Positions 1 to 10,939 of a stretch of DNA of 64,000 nt are shown here, piece by piece; position 1 is the first letter of the stretch; the number at the start of each line of letters is the position of its first letter. The notes beneath the pieces were generated by a model. That model made no database searches, was not told the DNA's origin, and worked only from the letters and a program-made list of their open reading frames with translations. Source of the DNA: Fimicolochytrium jonesii (taxonomy: Eukaryota); NCBI RefSeq assembly GCF_025526975.1, contig NW_026515685.1, positions 434,001 through 498,000 on the forward strand. The letters run 5' to 3'. Both the position numbers and the translations under genes were made by a program.

Positions 1-887
1 AGCAAGTAGCTGCAGCAAACCGAGCGGTAATGGAACAAGCCAGCCAGGAGCCGTATCTGCCCTCAGCCGCGAAGCAGTTCGCAGCATAATGCAAGGGTAG
101 CGGTGCCACCGGAAAGTCGCGTACGGCATCATGAAGAACCCATTCGCCCCTTGATGGAAACAAAAGGACAGCATATACTATAGCGCTTTCGAACGTGCAA
201 GATAATGGCTGGGTCGGGACGGCCTCCGGGCAGGAGTGTGCTGCTGGCCGCAACTACGAACCATATGAGCGCAGATGAGCCTGCCGCGTGGATGAAAGTA
301 GACAGTAGCGCCTTACTTACTGAAAGACAATAGCTGGATCCGGAGGGTCTCCGCGGCTGAGTGTGCTGAAGCCGCGGCCCGTTCGGAAAAGGCGCGTAAG
401 ATAGATGCAACTCTTCTATCCCATTCTATCTCTTAGGGAGGGGGGGGGGGAGGAAGGTACGGGCAGAATATTCATAAATGGACATCGGACGAAGGGACTC
501 ACAAAGGATGAACCATCGCAGGCTTTTCGTCAGGGGCGCATGAAATCTCTTCTTCTGCATGGGCGGCCCACAATTCATCTCTTATTTCTTGAGGTATCAC
601 ACAACACATAAACTTTAATGGCCCACATATATGCACAGACAACATCGGCGCAAAATCACCGACTGACTACATACACGTTTTCATCAGATACACAGAACAG
701 AAAGAGGAAGACGGGATCAAGCCACCAGGGTGGACTACAGACATATACAAGTAGAAAAAGAGTAACATACAGTCCCAAAAATTGTAGCGTTCGTTTGGAT
801 GGGTAATTACGACGCACGAGGCTTAAGCGAGGCAAGAAGATTTTAATAGAGTTGGCAGATTGGATGTTTGCACGATTGTGTTTGATT

Positions 888-3387
888 TCAGACGATTTGT
901 GTGGAGCGCACGTGGAAGTTGACGATGGGGCGGAGGTTTGTGGATCTGTGCTGGATAGAGATGATGAAGGGGTCTGTTGGGTGGAATATGTATACGACGT
1001 AGCGTCTAGACAAGTTGGGAGAAGTGTCGGTAAGCCACCAACGCAACACATAGTCGTACCATAACCGATGAAAAAACGTACTTGATATTCCATCCCCACC
1101 GCCCCGCGTTCCGTTCATCCGAGTCGAGTTTGAACTTGAGTCGTCCGCTAGCTCTGTCAAAGAATTTGGCAGGGAATTCTCCGGCTGGACGCGGACGGTC
1201 GTAGTTGTTTACGAGGCGGGTGTCGTAGCTAAAGCTGTCTTGGTCGAGGTAGGGCGATTCGATGAAGCATTGGTTGTTGTAGGGAAGCGGGCCTGAGGCG
1301 CGTTTCAGGGCTTCCGCTGGTCTACGAGGTGGTGTGGAGACAGCAACGAACGTGTTAGCAATCGACAAAGTGTGATGATTGAAGAGTGGCTATTGAAAGT
1401 GGTAGATTTGCGAAATGAAGTGCTTACCCTCCATTCTTAGCCTTCTTAACAGCTGCAAACTGCTTGCGAAGTGCTTCCCTGGCCATCAGGCTGTCACACG
1501 GGTGGGTGATGTACGGTTGAGCGAAAGGATTCGGCGCTCCAAACAGTTCGGGTACGTTTTGCAGCATGGCGTACAGCCGCTCGGAAGCTTGCTCGTAGAT
1601 TCCCAGCACGGTCGCGCTCGAGATGCAGTAGACCACGTAGAGGCAACCGCGAGATAGGTTGGCATTGTCGGGACGCTGTGAAACCGAAGGATGAGAAGGG
1701 ACGTCTTCGCTGTATACATCTTATACAAGACAAGAGCTTACCGTTCCAGGTGTGATGACAGGTGCGCCGAACTTGATCAACACCTGGTCGTCTGACAGGA
1801 ATTGCATCCGAGACATGACCAGTTTGCTAAGTGTAGTGAAGCTTTGATGGAAGTTGTGCATGTGACTGATGAAGAGAGGATCGAGGACGTGAGCTGTGAC
1901 GATATACGACAAGAGATCCGCTGATTGACTCACCCAGAGCTCTTGTTGTTGCGCGCTTCGAGATATGAGAATGCCAGAATGCGATGTTTCAGTCCGCTCA
2001 ACGGAAAGTCGTCCTATTCTCACGAGCTGGAATTAGTACAGGAGATCCGTGGGAGACGAGCGGAACTTAAGACCAACTTACAGATTTCCACTCGCTAGGC
2101 AGATCCATGAACTTCCAAGACGGTGTCTGCGGCGTTTTTGCTTCGACACTCTTGCCGTTGCGGAGCGCCGGAGGACCCACCGAGATCGACGGCGTTGAGG
2201 GTGCGGGCCCGGCGTTGTCCGATGACGCGATCTTCCGCGGCAGTGCATCGTACATCTCGTCGCAGAACCCAGAGTCAACACGTCTTGAGAGGCCGGTTTT
2301 CCGCCGTTTCGTGTGCTGCTGTTCAGCATTCCGATATTTTGCTTGAAGTATCTCGTCGGTTTCATTGACATACCAACCGATGTTGCGGATGCCACCGAAC
2401 TTGCCATTGTCCTGCACGTCATTTGTCATGTGGTGTGAGTATGGTGTTGCCTTCTGGAGCATTTATGAGATAGGTCATGACTACAGTGTACATACCTTGA
2501 TATGTAGAAGGTAGATGCACTGATGCTTGACTGAGACGATACCGAGTGTGTCACGCCTCAAGTGCACGCCAGCGTGGTTCTTGAGCATGATGTACTCGGC
2601 ACAGAGCCTCCGAAAGTCCGTGACCTAGGGTTTAAAGTATGAGAAGACCATTCGGAGAGAAGGGACGTTCAAAGGCGAAAGCCGTACTTTGCCAGTCTCT
2701 ACATCCAGAATCCAAAAGGTAACGTCTTCCAAAATGGACAGGCCTGAGAGAGTTGCGGGCGACTGCGGAGTCGGATCCGTCGATGTGGAAGGACAGCTTG
2801 TAACGACAATTATCTGCACAGGAAAGACAGACATCAGCACCTTACGCTTGAGAAACAACCGCCGATAAATCGAGGGAACACCTACGTGTTTCTGCGTCTT
2901 AGTAAACAGCAAGAAATCCAAACAAAGCGATTCCCGCGAAGTAGTAAGCGTGGTTTCCCACCGCCGATCAAACACCGTATCGAAGGCCTCCACCGATTTT
3001 CCCACCACTGCCGCGGCGGCGTGCACTTTTTCAGGTTCGTAGTCATATGCTTCCACGGCATTGCCGTTCTGTGTGAACGCTATCAGTTTCTGGGAACATT
3101 CGGGGCGTGGGAAAATGAGATATCAGTTTCGAGGTCTTGGTAACGAGCAGCGTCGGGCTGAGGGACAGCCAACAGTGACTCCCCACACTAACCTTTCCGT
3201 CCGGTGAGAACTTTCGCAGCACAATATTGGGCAATTCCACCTCGTAGAGAGTGGTGGTCGGGTGGATAGCCTTGAAGACCTGTCTCCGTTCACGTCTGTT
3301 TGTGGGCCTAGTTTCCCGCCGCCGAAGCCAGGAAGCGACGTTGCAGCCTTGTGGTTTCACTGGGGAGAAGCTGGTGGGAGCCGACAT
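888..3387 (-). CDS. DET1: De-etiolated 1 (DET1) homolog, CRL4 adaptor; multi-exon
   Basis: N-terminal RRQVFKAIHPTTTLYEVELPNIVLRKFSPDGK, SLCLDFLLFT, SRMQFLSDDQVLIKFG, SPYLDQDSFSYD and C-terminal YIFHPTDPFIISIQ match DET1 blocks; joined across GT-AG introns. Confidence 0.9.
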
Positions 3388-3771
3388 TGTTGGGAGGTGA
3401 TGTGTGTGAAGGTGTGAGAATGGGCTGTTCCTGTCCTGCTCTTCCCGTGAGAAGGTCTTTGTAGATCTGCGTGGGAATGCGCAAGGCGTGGGAACGTGGG
3501 CGGTGGGAAAAACGGAACGAAGGAGAGGAGGAAGAAGGAGCGACTCCGCAGCGCACGGAGAGTGAGTGGGAAGGGAAGCGAAACGAAGGGGCAAACTTCT
3601 GGCTACAAGGCCTTTGACGGGATCCGCGCTTCCTGTCAGTCCCCTCTTCATGTTGGAACACTTCCCTTTTTCCCAAAGGACTTTCACTCGGACAAGGCAG
3701 GACACCGCAGGCGGCGAGGCCTCACAAGTTGCACTTACCCTTTTCCTTCACCGAAACAGCGTCGAAAGATA

Positions 3772-5649
3772 ATGCTCATTCCCCGAGTCCGCCCACCAGC
3801 ACAACCCTGCTGCTCGGCCTTTTCGGACGCGTCGGCATCGTCCCCATCGTCCGCGAAGAACACCTCCAACCAGTGCCGGATAACGTACCTCCGAATAGGC
3901 GAAGACAGATACCACCTCATCTGCGCAAGCTGCACCACCCGTTACACCGTCTGCCACCATTGTACCCGCCTAGTCGCCGTCCCCTGCTCAGCAACCAGCA
4001 TTCACAATTCACACTTCACCCCTGAACTAAGCACACCAACACCCCACCCCCCAACATCCCAACCCTTCCCCTCCTCAACCCTCTCCCACGCCGCTCTGCT
4101 CACCGCCACCAAAGAACGCATTCTGAACCGAATAGCCGCCCGGTGCACAGCCTGCGCGGCACTATGTCTCACCGACAGGACCTTTGCAAGAGCGTTTGGC
4201 GTGCCGGACGTTGGGGTCGTGTTTAGAGGCGTGCAGATTGCTAGCGTGATGTGGGATCTACTGGGAAAGGAGTTTGTGGGTGAGGTTGTGGGGTGGGTGA
4301 GGGAGTTGGTGGGACGGGTTGAGGGACGGAGGGACGGAAGGAGAGCAGCAGGGTGTGTTGGGACGGATTCTGGGGGTGATGCGATGAGTCGGGATGGAGA
4401 GCGAGCGGTTGACAGGGAGAAAGCTGGAGAGAAGCTGGTGACCAAAGCAGGCGAGCAAAGACCCGCGACGGATATCGCAACGACAAAGAGGAACAATAGA
4501 AGAAGATCGCGCGCGGCACTCAAGGCCGTCAGGCTCGCCAAGGCCTCAAAAGATGTCGTGAATAGAAATACGGAAACTGCGGATGAGATGGACGTTGTCG
4601 AGACCACCTCGGCTACAGGAGCCGCCCCACCTTCTGAAACCGGTGCCGATGGAGTCCTACCCGCACCTGCGGATGATGTCGTCCAGGCAGCGCCTAGTGA
4701 AAACCCGGCTGATGCAACGCCTGCGGCGTCATCATCAACGGAAGCACCCACGACCGCCAACCAACCAAAAAGGCACAAACGCCCTGCATCAGAAACACCG
4801 CAACCACGGCCCGTGAAACGGGTCAGACTCGCCACCGCTACACCTGTCTCCTCTGCTTCCGCGTCCCGTACCCCCAACGTACCAGCAAGACCACCACCGC
4901 CCCAAACCGATATCCCAGTCCCCGAAGCAGCAGCACACCTAGAGCTCCACCTCGCCGACGCCCGCCGCCTCCTCACCCACCTCACGGACCGCGCCCACCT
5001 GTTCTCCGTCACGACCGCCATGCAGGACCCATGCCATGCACATCCGTTCTCAATGTTCGACTACAAGGACTTGGAACATGCTTATTCCAGTTGTGGGGAC
5101 AGTCCTGGTCATGGTCATACGCAGGAGGACGACGACGATGACGCAAAGCAAACCCACTCACGCACCCAAACCCTCCTCCTCATCGCGCGCTCAACCGCAG
5201 CCGCCACCCATTCCCTCAAATTCGCGAGCGCGCGGATGAACTGTGCGCGGAGCAGTGTGCGGAGTCTGGGGTGCACGACCATAAGTGTGATGCCAGCGAC
5301 ATTGGCGATTTTGTCCGCTAACGCCCGACATGCCACACGGGCGTATAGGAGTGCCGCGGCGTCGGTGATGAAGGCGAGGGAGTTGGTTGCGGAGGAGGAG
5401 GGGGTTGTTGTTGGGTTGTTGGCTGAATTTCTGGGTTTGGCTGGAGATGCGGATGGGAAGACGCACACCAAATTCGTTACTGCTGCTGAAATGACGACTA
5501 CGTTGCGGTTGTCACGGACGGACAATGATTTTGAGATACAGAGGGAGGGGAAAGGGAGTGGGGAGGTGTTTGGGAGGTTATGTGCCAGGTTGAGGGGGGT
5601 TAGGAGGTTGGGGGGTGCCTTGGCTGGGGATTTGGATGCGGAGGTTTAG
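3772..5649 (+). CDS. Hypothetical protein, intronless, with Cys clusters (CASC..CHHC, CTAC) and a low-complexity middle
   Basis: Long open frame 3496-5649; first ATG at 3772; head-to-head with DET1. Confidence 0.6.
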   Translation: MLIPRVRPPAQPCCSAFSDASASSPSSAKNTSNQCRITYLRIGEDRYHLICASCTTRYTVCHHCTRLVAVPCSATSIHNSHFTPELSTPTPHPPTSQPFPSSTLSHAALLTATKERILNRIAARCTACAALCLTDRTFARAFGVPDVGVVFRGVQIASVMWDLLGKEFVGEVVGWVRELVGRVEGRRDGRRAAGCVGTDSGGDAMSRDGERAVDREKAGEKLVTKAGEQRPATDIATTKRNNRRRSRAALKAVRLAKASKDVVNRNTETADEMDVVETTSATGAAPPSETGADGVLPAPADDVVQAAPSENPADATPAASSSTEAPTTANQPKRHKRPASETPQPRPVKRVRLATATPVSSASASRTPNVPARPPPPQTDIPVPEAAAHLELHLADARRLLTHLTDRAHLFSVTTAMQDPCHAHPFSMFDYKDLEHAYSSCGDSPGHGHTQEDDDDDAKQTHSRTQTLLLIARSTAAATHSLKFASARMNCARSSVRSLGCTTISVMPATLAILSANARHATRAYRSAAASVMKARELVAEEEGVVVGLLAEFLGLAGDADGKTHTKFVTAAEMTTTLRLSRTDNDFEIQREGKGSGEVFGRLCARLRGVRRLGGALAGDLDAEV

Positions 5650-5874
5650 GTGGGAGTAGTGCTGGATTGTAAGTCTTCGTAGGGATGATTTCTAATCAGT
5701 CTTTTGGGAGGACTCCTAGCTCTGCGTGTCGGTTTCGGAAAAAGGAGATTTTTATTCTACTACGGCAAAAAATTAGAAGTGATAGCAATCATGAACCCCC
5801 AAACAATCGGCCTTTCTCGAAAAGATACGGAGTGCAAAGCGCAGGCAGTCCGAGTTTTTATAGATGACCAAAAT

Positions 5875-7592
5875 CTACATAAGGATCTCGTTATGCTGGC
5901 TAGTCTTGATGTCCTTGTGGGGCAAGACGATGCAATTCCTTATTGCAATCTCATCATGCACCGTCACGTCCTTGCCCAGAATAGTCGCGGAGGGGATCTT
6001 GTACCCTTTCAAGGTTGCATTCAGCGCATTACTTTCACCGGGGGCGCCCTCCACACGGCACCAGCTCCCGATCTTTGAGTCCCACCCGACGACCGAGTTC
6101 AGAACACACGAGTCGTTCTTGACCTCCACGCTGTCGAGCAGGATTGCGTCGCGGACACGCACGCCACGGCCGAGGAGGACGCGGGGGCCGATGGAGACGT
6201 TGGGGCCGAGTTTGGCGGTCGGGTGCAGCACCGCGGTCGGGTGAATGTAGGCCGGCTGGATCACGGTGGCGGTGGTGTTCCCGCCCGTGGTGAGGTTGGT
6301 GAGGTCGTTAAGATTCGGTTTAGGGGCGTTGGAGAGCTTGCGCGGGGCGGCGTGGAGGAAGTGTTGGAGGTACATGCGGTTGGCCGGGATGACGGAGCTG
6401 CCGGTCTTGATCTGCATCCAGAAGTCCTTTGTCGGGTGGCAGATGTGCGTGTACAGCTTCTTGGCCGAGGTGAGGAGGATAAGCACGTCCTGCTCCAGCA
6501 TGAACTTCTCGGCGCCGCCGCGCGCGATCGAGTCGTCGTAGCCAGAGTCGGCGATCTTGGCTTGGCGCTCTTGCAGGGCCCGACGCATCACGTCGAAGAT
6601 CTCACGGTTGAAGAGGTAAATTCCGCAGGAGATCAGATCGGAGAGGCCGGATTCGGGCTTTTCGACGAAATGGAGCACTTCCTTCGTCTCTGGGTCCGCG
6701 ACGACACATCCGTACTTTGAGACAAGAGAACGGTCGACGCGGTTCGCGAGCAGGGTTGCGACGCCGCCGTGCTTTGCGTGCGTCTTGATCATGTCTGTGA
6801 GGGGGAAAGAAGTTGCGATGTCGGCGTTCAGGACAAAGAGCTGGTCAGGGTCTCCACGAATGATCTGATCGCGGAAGTGGAACAGCGAGCCACCAGTTCC
6901 CAAAGCTTGGTATTCCCGCAGGTATCTGTGGATTACAACCGAGGACGATGTGAGTTTATATGTCTATGCAGAGGTGGGAATGCGCGTAAAAACTCTGAAC
7001 ACCGGCATGGGAAAGGCCCACGATGGGGTAGGAGCTCTTGCAACGGTGGCGTGAAACCTCACGCTTTCGAGCGTCTACAGCCAAACGCTCGGCAAAGGTC
7101 GCCATCTTCCAACAATCTGACGCGTAAGCCGCAACGAGTTTGCGTTGCTCGCCTGTCACCCCTCGAAAGCGTTGTGGTGTTGAGCTACATCGGGTACGCA
7201 AGACCCGCAAGCTTGCGGCGCAACCACCGCAGGCTCACTTTGGTCTCATTCCCACTTCCGCGCTCCCAGTCGTGAACTCACCTAATGGGCACAGTGGGAA
7301 ACTCCAACTGCACCTCGGTCAAAAACCTATCGAAAACCGAATTCTCAAAGAACCCGACGACCAGAATCTCCCTCATCCCGGGCAACTTCGCTAGCGCAGA
7401 GACATGATGGTAGATCATAGGCTGACCCGCGATGGGGAAAAGCGGTTTGGGGCAGTCGAGGGACAAGGGGCGGAAGCGCGTTCCGACCGAGGGGCCGCCG
7501 ACGAGGATGATGCCTTTGAGAGCGTGGTTAGCGCCGGTGCCGGTGGGGCTGAAGGGCATGGAGTCGGCGGTGGCGTATATGGGGGAGGCCAT
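5875..7592 (-). CDS. GMPPA: Mannose-1-phosphate guanyltransferase alpha (GMPPA-like); 2 exons, intron 6926-7281
   Basis: IILVGGPSVGTRFRPLSLDCPKPLFPIAG, FVLNADI, FVEKP and C-terminal hexapeptide repeats ending NCIVLPHK...HNEILM. Confidence 0.92.
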
Positions 7593-7887
7593 TGTGCTAG
7601 TTGGGCAGGTTGCGGAAGTGGGCGGGTGTGTGTTGTGTGGCAAGCTGTGACGATGATGGGTAAGATTGAGCGAAGTTCCCACGAGAAGCTGAGCGAGAAC
7701 GCATCAGCAAGCAACCGCGCGAACACGCCTGGACCCTCCCTGCTCAGTGCTCACAGACCAGACTTGATCCCCCAACAACACTCACGCTCAAAGGAAGAGT
7801 AATTCCCACCCGCTGTCATATCGAAAGTCGTTTTTCGCCAGTCCAGCTTCTATAGCAAGCCTCTCCACCGTTCACCACTCGCCCAGA

Positions 7888-8406
7888 ATGTCCGAGATAC
7901 AACCCTTTGTCAACAGTAAGCGTCTTGAAAATGTTGCATATCACACTGACACAGCACAGAATACCCTAACCCCTTGTTCCAACCCTCGATTATCCAGGCC
8001 TAGTCTCCGTCTTAACAGCAGACGGACGAGTAATATTGGTAAGCTCACCCTAACTTCAACTGCCACTCCCAGCACACACATCCTGATGATCACACCACTT
8101 TCTCACCTCCACAGGGCACATTACGCGGCTTCGACCAAACAACAAACCTTATCCTCTCCAACTCCACCGAGCGGGTGTTTGGCGGAGAAGACGGCGTCGA
8201 GCAGGTCCCGCTGGGGCTGTACATCATTCGGGGGGACAATATGTACGTTCTTCCCTTCGCAAAACAAGGAGCGTGCTGCCATAAGCTTACGAGAGTTTTG
8301 TCCAAGTGCGGCGATAGGCTCAGTAGACCAGGAGCGAGATGCAGAGATCGAGTGGGATAGTGTGCAGGCGCAGCCCCTGGCGCCGTTGCGGGGGATGGCT
8401 ACGTAG
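7888..8406 (+). CDS. LSM8: U6 snRNA-associated Sm-like protein LSm8; 4 exons
   Basis: Spliced product MSEIQPFVN/LVSVLTADGRVIL/GTLRGFDQTTNLILSNSTERVFGGEDGVEQVPLGLYIIRGDN/AAIGSVD. Confidence 0.92.
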   Translation: MSEIQPFVNSKRLENVAYHTDTAQNTLTPCSNPRLSRPSLRLNSRRTSNIGKLTLTSTATPSTHILMITPLSHLHRAHYAASTKQQTLSSPTPPSGCLAEKTASSRSRWGCTSFGGTICTFFPSQNKERAAISLREFCPSAAIGSVDQERDAEIEWDSVQAQPLAPLRGMAT

Positions 8407-9024
8407 ACGGCTGAGTGAGACCCTGCACTGCACGACGTGGCAGGACTGGCCGGGGATGAGATGGAATGACGGAAGCAGGAGAGGACGGGAGAGGCGGTTC
8501 CGGGGGTACTACCTCCCACATGGCGTAAAGGAGGCAGGGCATACGGGCATGTACCCCCGCACAAAGCCGAAGCATTGCGAGAAGGCGAGAGCAGAGCACG
8601 AGCGTATCATCATTACTCTTTTTTCGTCGATGGAGGATCACGAGGAGCGGGATTGGAAGGCAGAGCGCTGCAGTGAGTGACGCGAAGAAACGATCAATGC
8701 TTCGCATACACATTTCTTCATAGGATAGGCACGAAGCCTCAGCGGGTGATATCAACCTCCCCACAGTGCACGGCGGCTCCTCTCCAACTCCATTTGTATA
8801 TATATTTTCTGATCACGTAGGCGGTAGCCTGAATCGGACAGTTTTTATTGGTTGTACGGAAAACCTTCCAATCCACATCCACAATCTTTCGTTTGAGACC
8901 TGCGATGCTGTGGGAGCCTTCTACGTGTTGAAAGTACGTCTCCTGCCGATGAGGGTTTTACGACGTTTACGACCGGAATGTCATATCCTCGGGCGCCGTG
9001 ACTCCAGAAGGCCCTGCTGGTGCC

Positions 9025-10626
9025 TTATCCCCGTCCCACTTTCGGCTCCGAACCCGGGCCGTCCCACGATCCAGAGCTCGTCGAATCATCCGTACTTGCC
9101 ACCCCATCAGCATCTCCACTCTCGCTCCTCACGTCCCTCCACTGTACCCCATCCCACTTCACTATCCCTGCCGCGATATCTGTCCACGACACAAGGTACT
9201 TCGCTTCAAACATAGGCGAGAAGCCTGGGGGTGGTGGGCATCTGAACTCCGGTCCAAAATTGAGAGTCACGCTGCCACCGCGGTATGATGAGATGGCTGG
9301 GTAGTACTTCCCTGTAAGGCAAGGCATGAGATAATTGTCTAGATTAGTAGTCCTCGGACTTCGTGGAGCGACGTCCGTGAAGGACCAGGTAACCATACCT
9401 TTCAGCAGTTTTCGGAAGGCGATTCCTAAAGGCTTCCCGTTCTTATAATAAGAGATTTCGCTCCCATCAACCGGTTCTGGTGGCTCGCTCGGATAAGCGA
9501 CATAGTCTTTGTATGGGTTCCAGAGTCGTTGCACCAGGTCCGCCATGTCGGAGCATTGCGGTAACGAGATGGCCATTCCGAGCACGTCACCAGGCCCTTT
9601 ATCGCAACGCATGACACGACGAAGTTAGCTACAAAGATAAGCAGCTCGGAAACGAGATGGTTGCAACGCACCGTAACCATTTGCATAATCTGACGGTGCG
9701 TCCTTAACCTTAGCACTACAGTGGAACAGAGTCCCTGGCTCGTCGCGATACCCATAGCTGAACTGGTCGTACCCGCACGGAGCCTGGAGATCTCCGCTAA
9801 TCTGCGACCACCCGATCCTGCATAGCGGATCGTCGTAAGATGAGTAACAATTCAGGGTGCGCGGCGTCATCAAGCATCCGAGCTTACCGCGTATGTCCCG
9901 AATGCTCATTAACCAAAACCTCATAATACCACTTCCCCTCCCACACGCCATGCGACGCCTTCGCCATGCGATACCCCGAATCACACATCACCGTCAACCC
10001 TTCGTCGGACAAGGCCATCTGTGGCGCGCGGTGGATGGGTTGTTTGCTCATCACGACATCGGTGCGAGGATTATCATCGTCGGGATATAGATCTGGAGGA
10101 ATCGTTCCGTCAGATTGGACTATCACAGAACACAAACGAAGACCGCACCCACTTACATACGGCGTTCGCGAGATCAGGAGGTGGAGTCTGGGAATCGTCA
10201 GGGGTAGTCGGTTTAGACTTTTTCGATGACTTCGTGGATTCTTCCAGAGGGTATACATCGTTCGTAGGCTTCAGCGCTGATCGTTGGCGTTTTGCCTTTG
10301 GTGGCTGGAGGGATGGAACGTTGAGAAAAAAGCCGTGAACAGAGGTCGCGAGTATTGATACACACCTGCTGCCCAGGCATCTGACTTTCGGTATCCCTTT
10401 TGCGTTTCGGGTCAGTTTTATCTGGCCCCTCGCTGGGGGTGCCGCTGGGTAGTTGGGCTTCATGCTCGTTGCCCACCACCGGTACCGCCGGGGATTCCGG
10501 CTGAATTTGAAGTGCAACTGACCCTCCACCTGATGCTTGTTGTCCTTGTGCGGTACTGGTTGTTTGTGTCAAGATATCGTGCCGAGGGGCCCCGTTGGAC
10601 GCTATGGGAGATGCTGCTGCTGCCAT
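9025..10626 (-). CDS. ASH2: COMPASS/Set1 complex SPRY subunit Ash2/Bre2; multi-exon
   Basis: GYRMAKASHGVWEGKWYYEV, RIGWSQISGDLQAPCGYDQFSYGYRD, YYPAISSYRGGSVTLNFGPEF. Confidence 0.9.
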
Positions 10627-10939
10627 GGTTTTTGTTTGATAGTGGTTTGGGATGAAGGTTCAGTTTCGGCAGGATTGGCTTTTTGCGCTCCTGTACAGCT
10701 GTAAAACGATTTGGCGCGTCAAGTCAAGAAGTTAAGGACGCGTTCCGTAATGCCGTCTGGCAACCACAGCGTGCGACAGAATCTGACAGATGAAAATACG
10801 TTGATTTAACTGTATGCGTTGCCTCAGGCTACGGTGTGCTCTAAATACGGCATCTTAGACGCAGGATGCAGGGGGTATAGGAGGAGAACGTTTGTACAAG
10901 CGCCGGGGGTTGTTGCAGCAGGTGTGGCGAATGATAACG

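Noticed and set aside
2067..2462. Possible nested gene inside DET1
   Set aside because: DNGKFGGIRNIGWYVNETDE matches an internal DET1 block, so it is a DET1 exon
4002..5021. 339-aa antisense ORF, and similar long antisense ORFs such as 43841-45076 and 6223-6720
   Set aside because: Shadows of GC-rich coding sequence on the opposite strand with no independent coding signal
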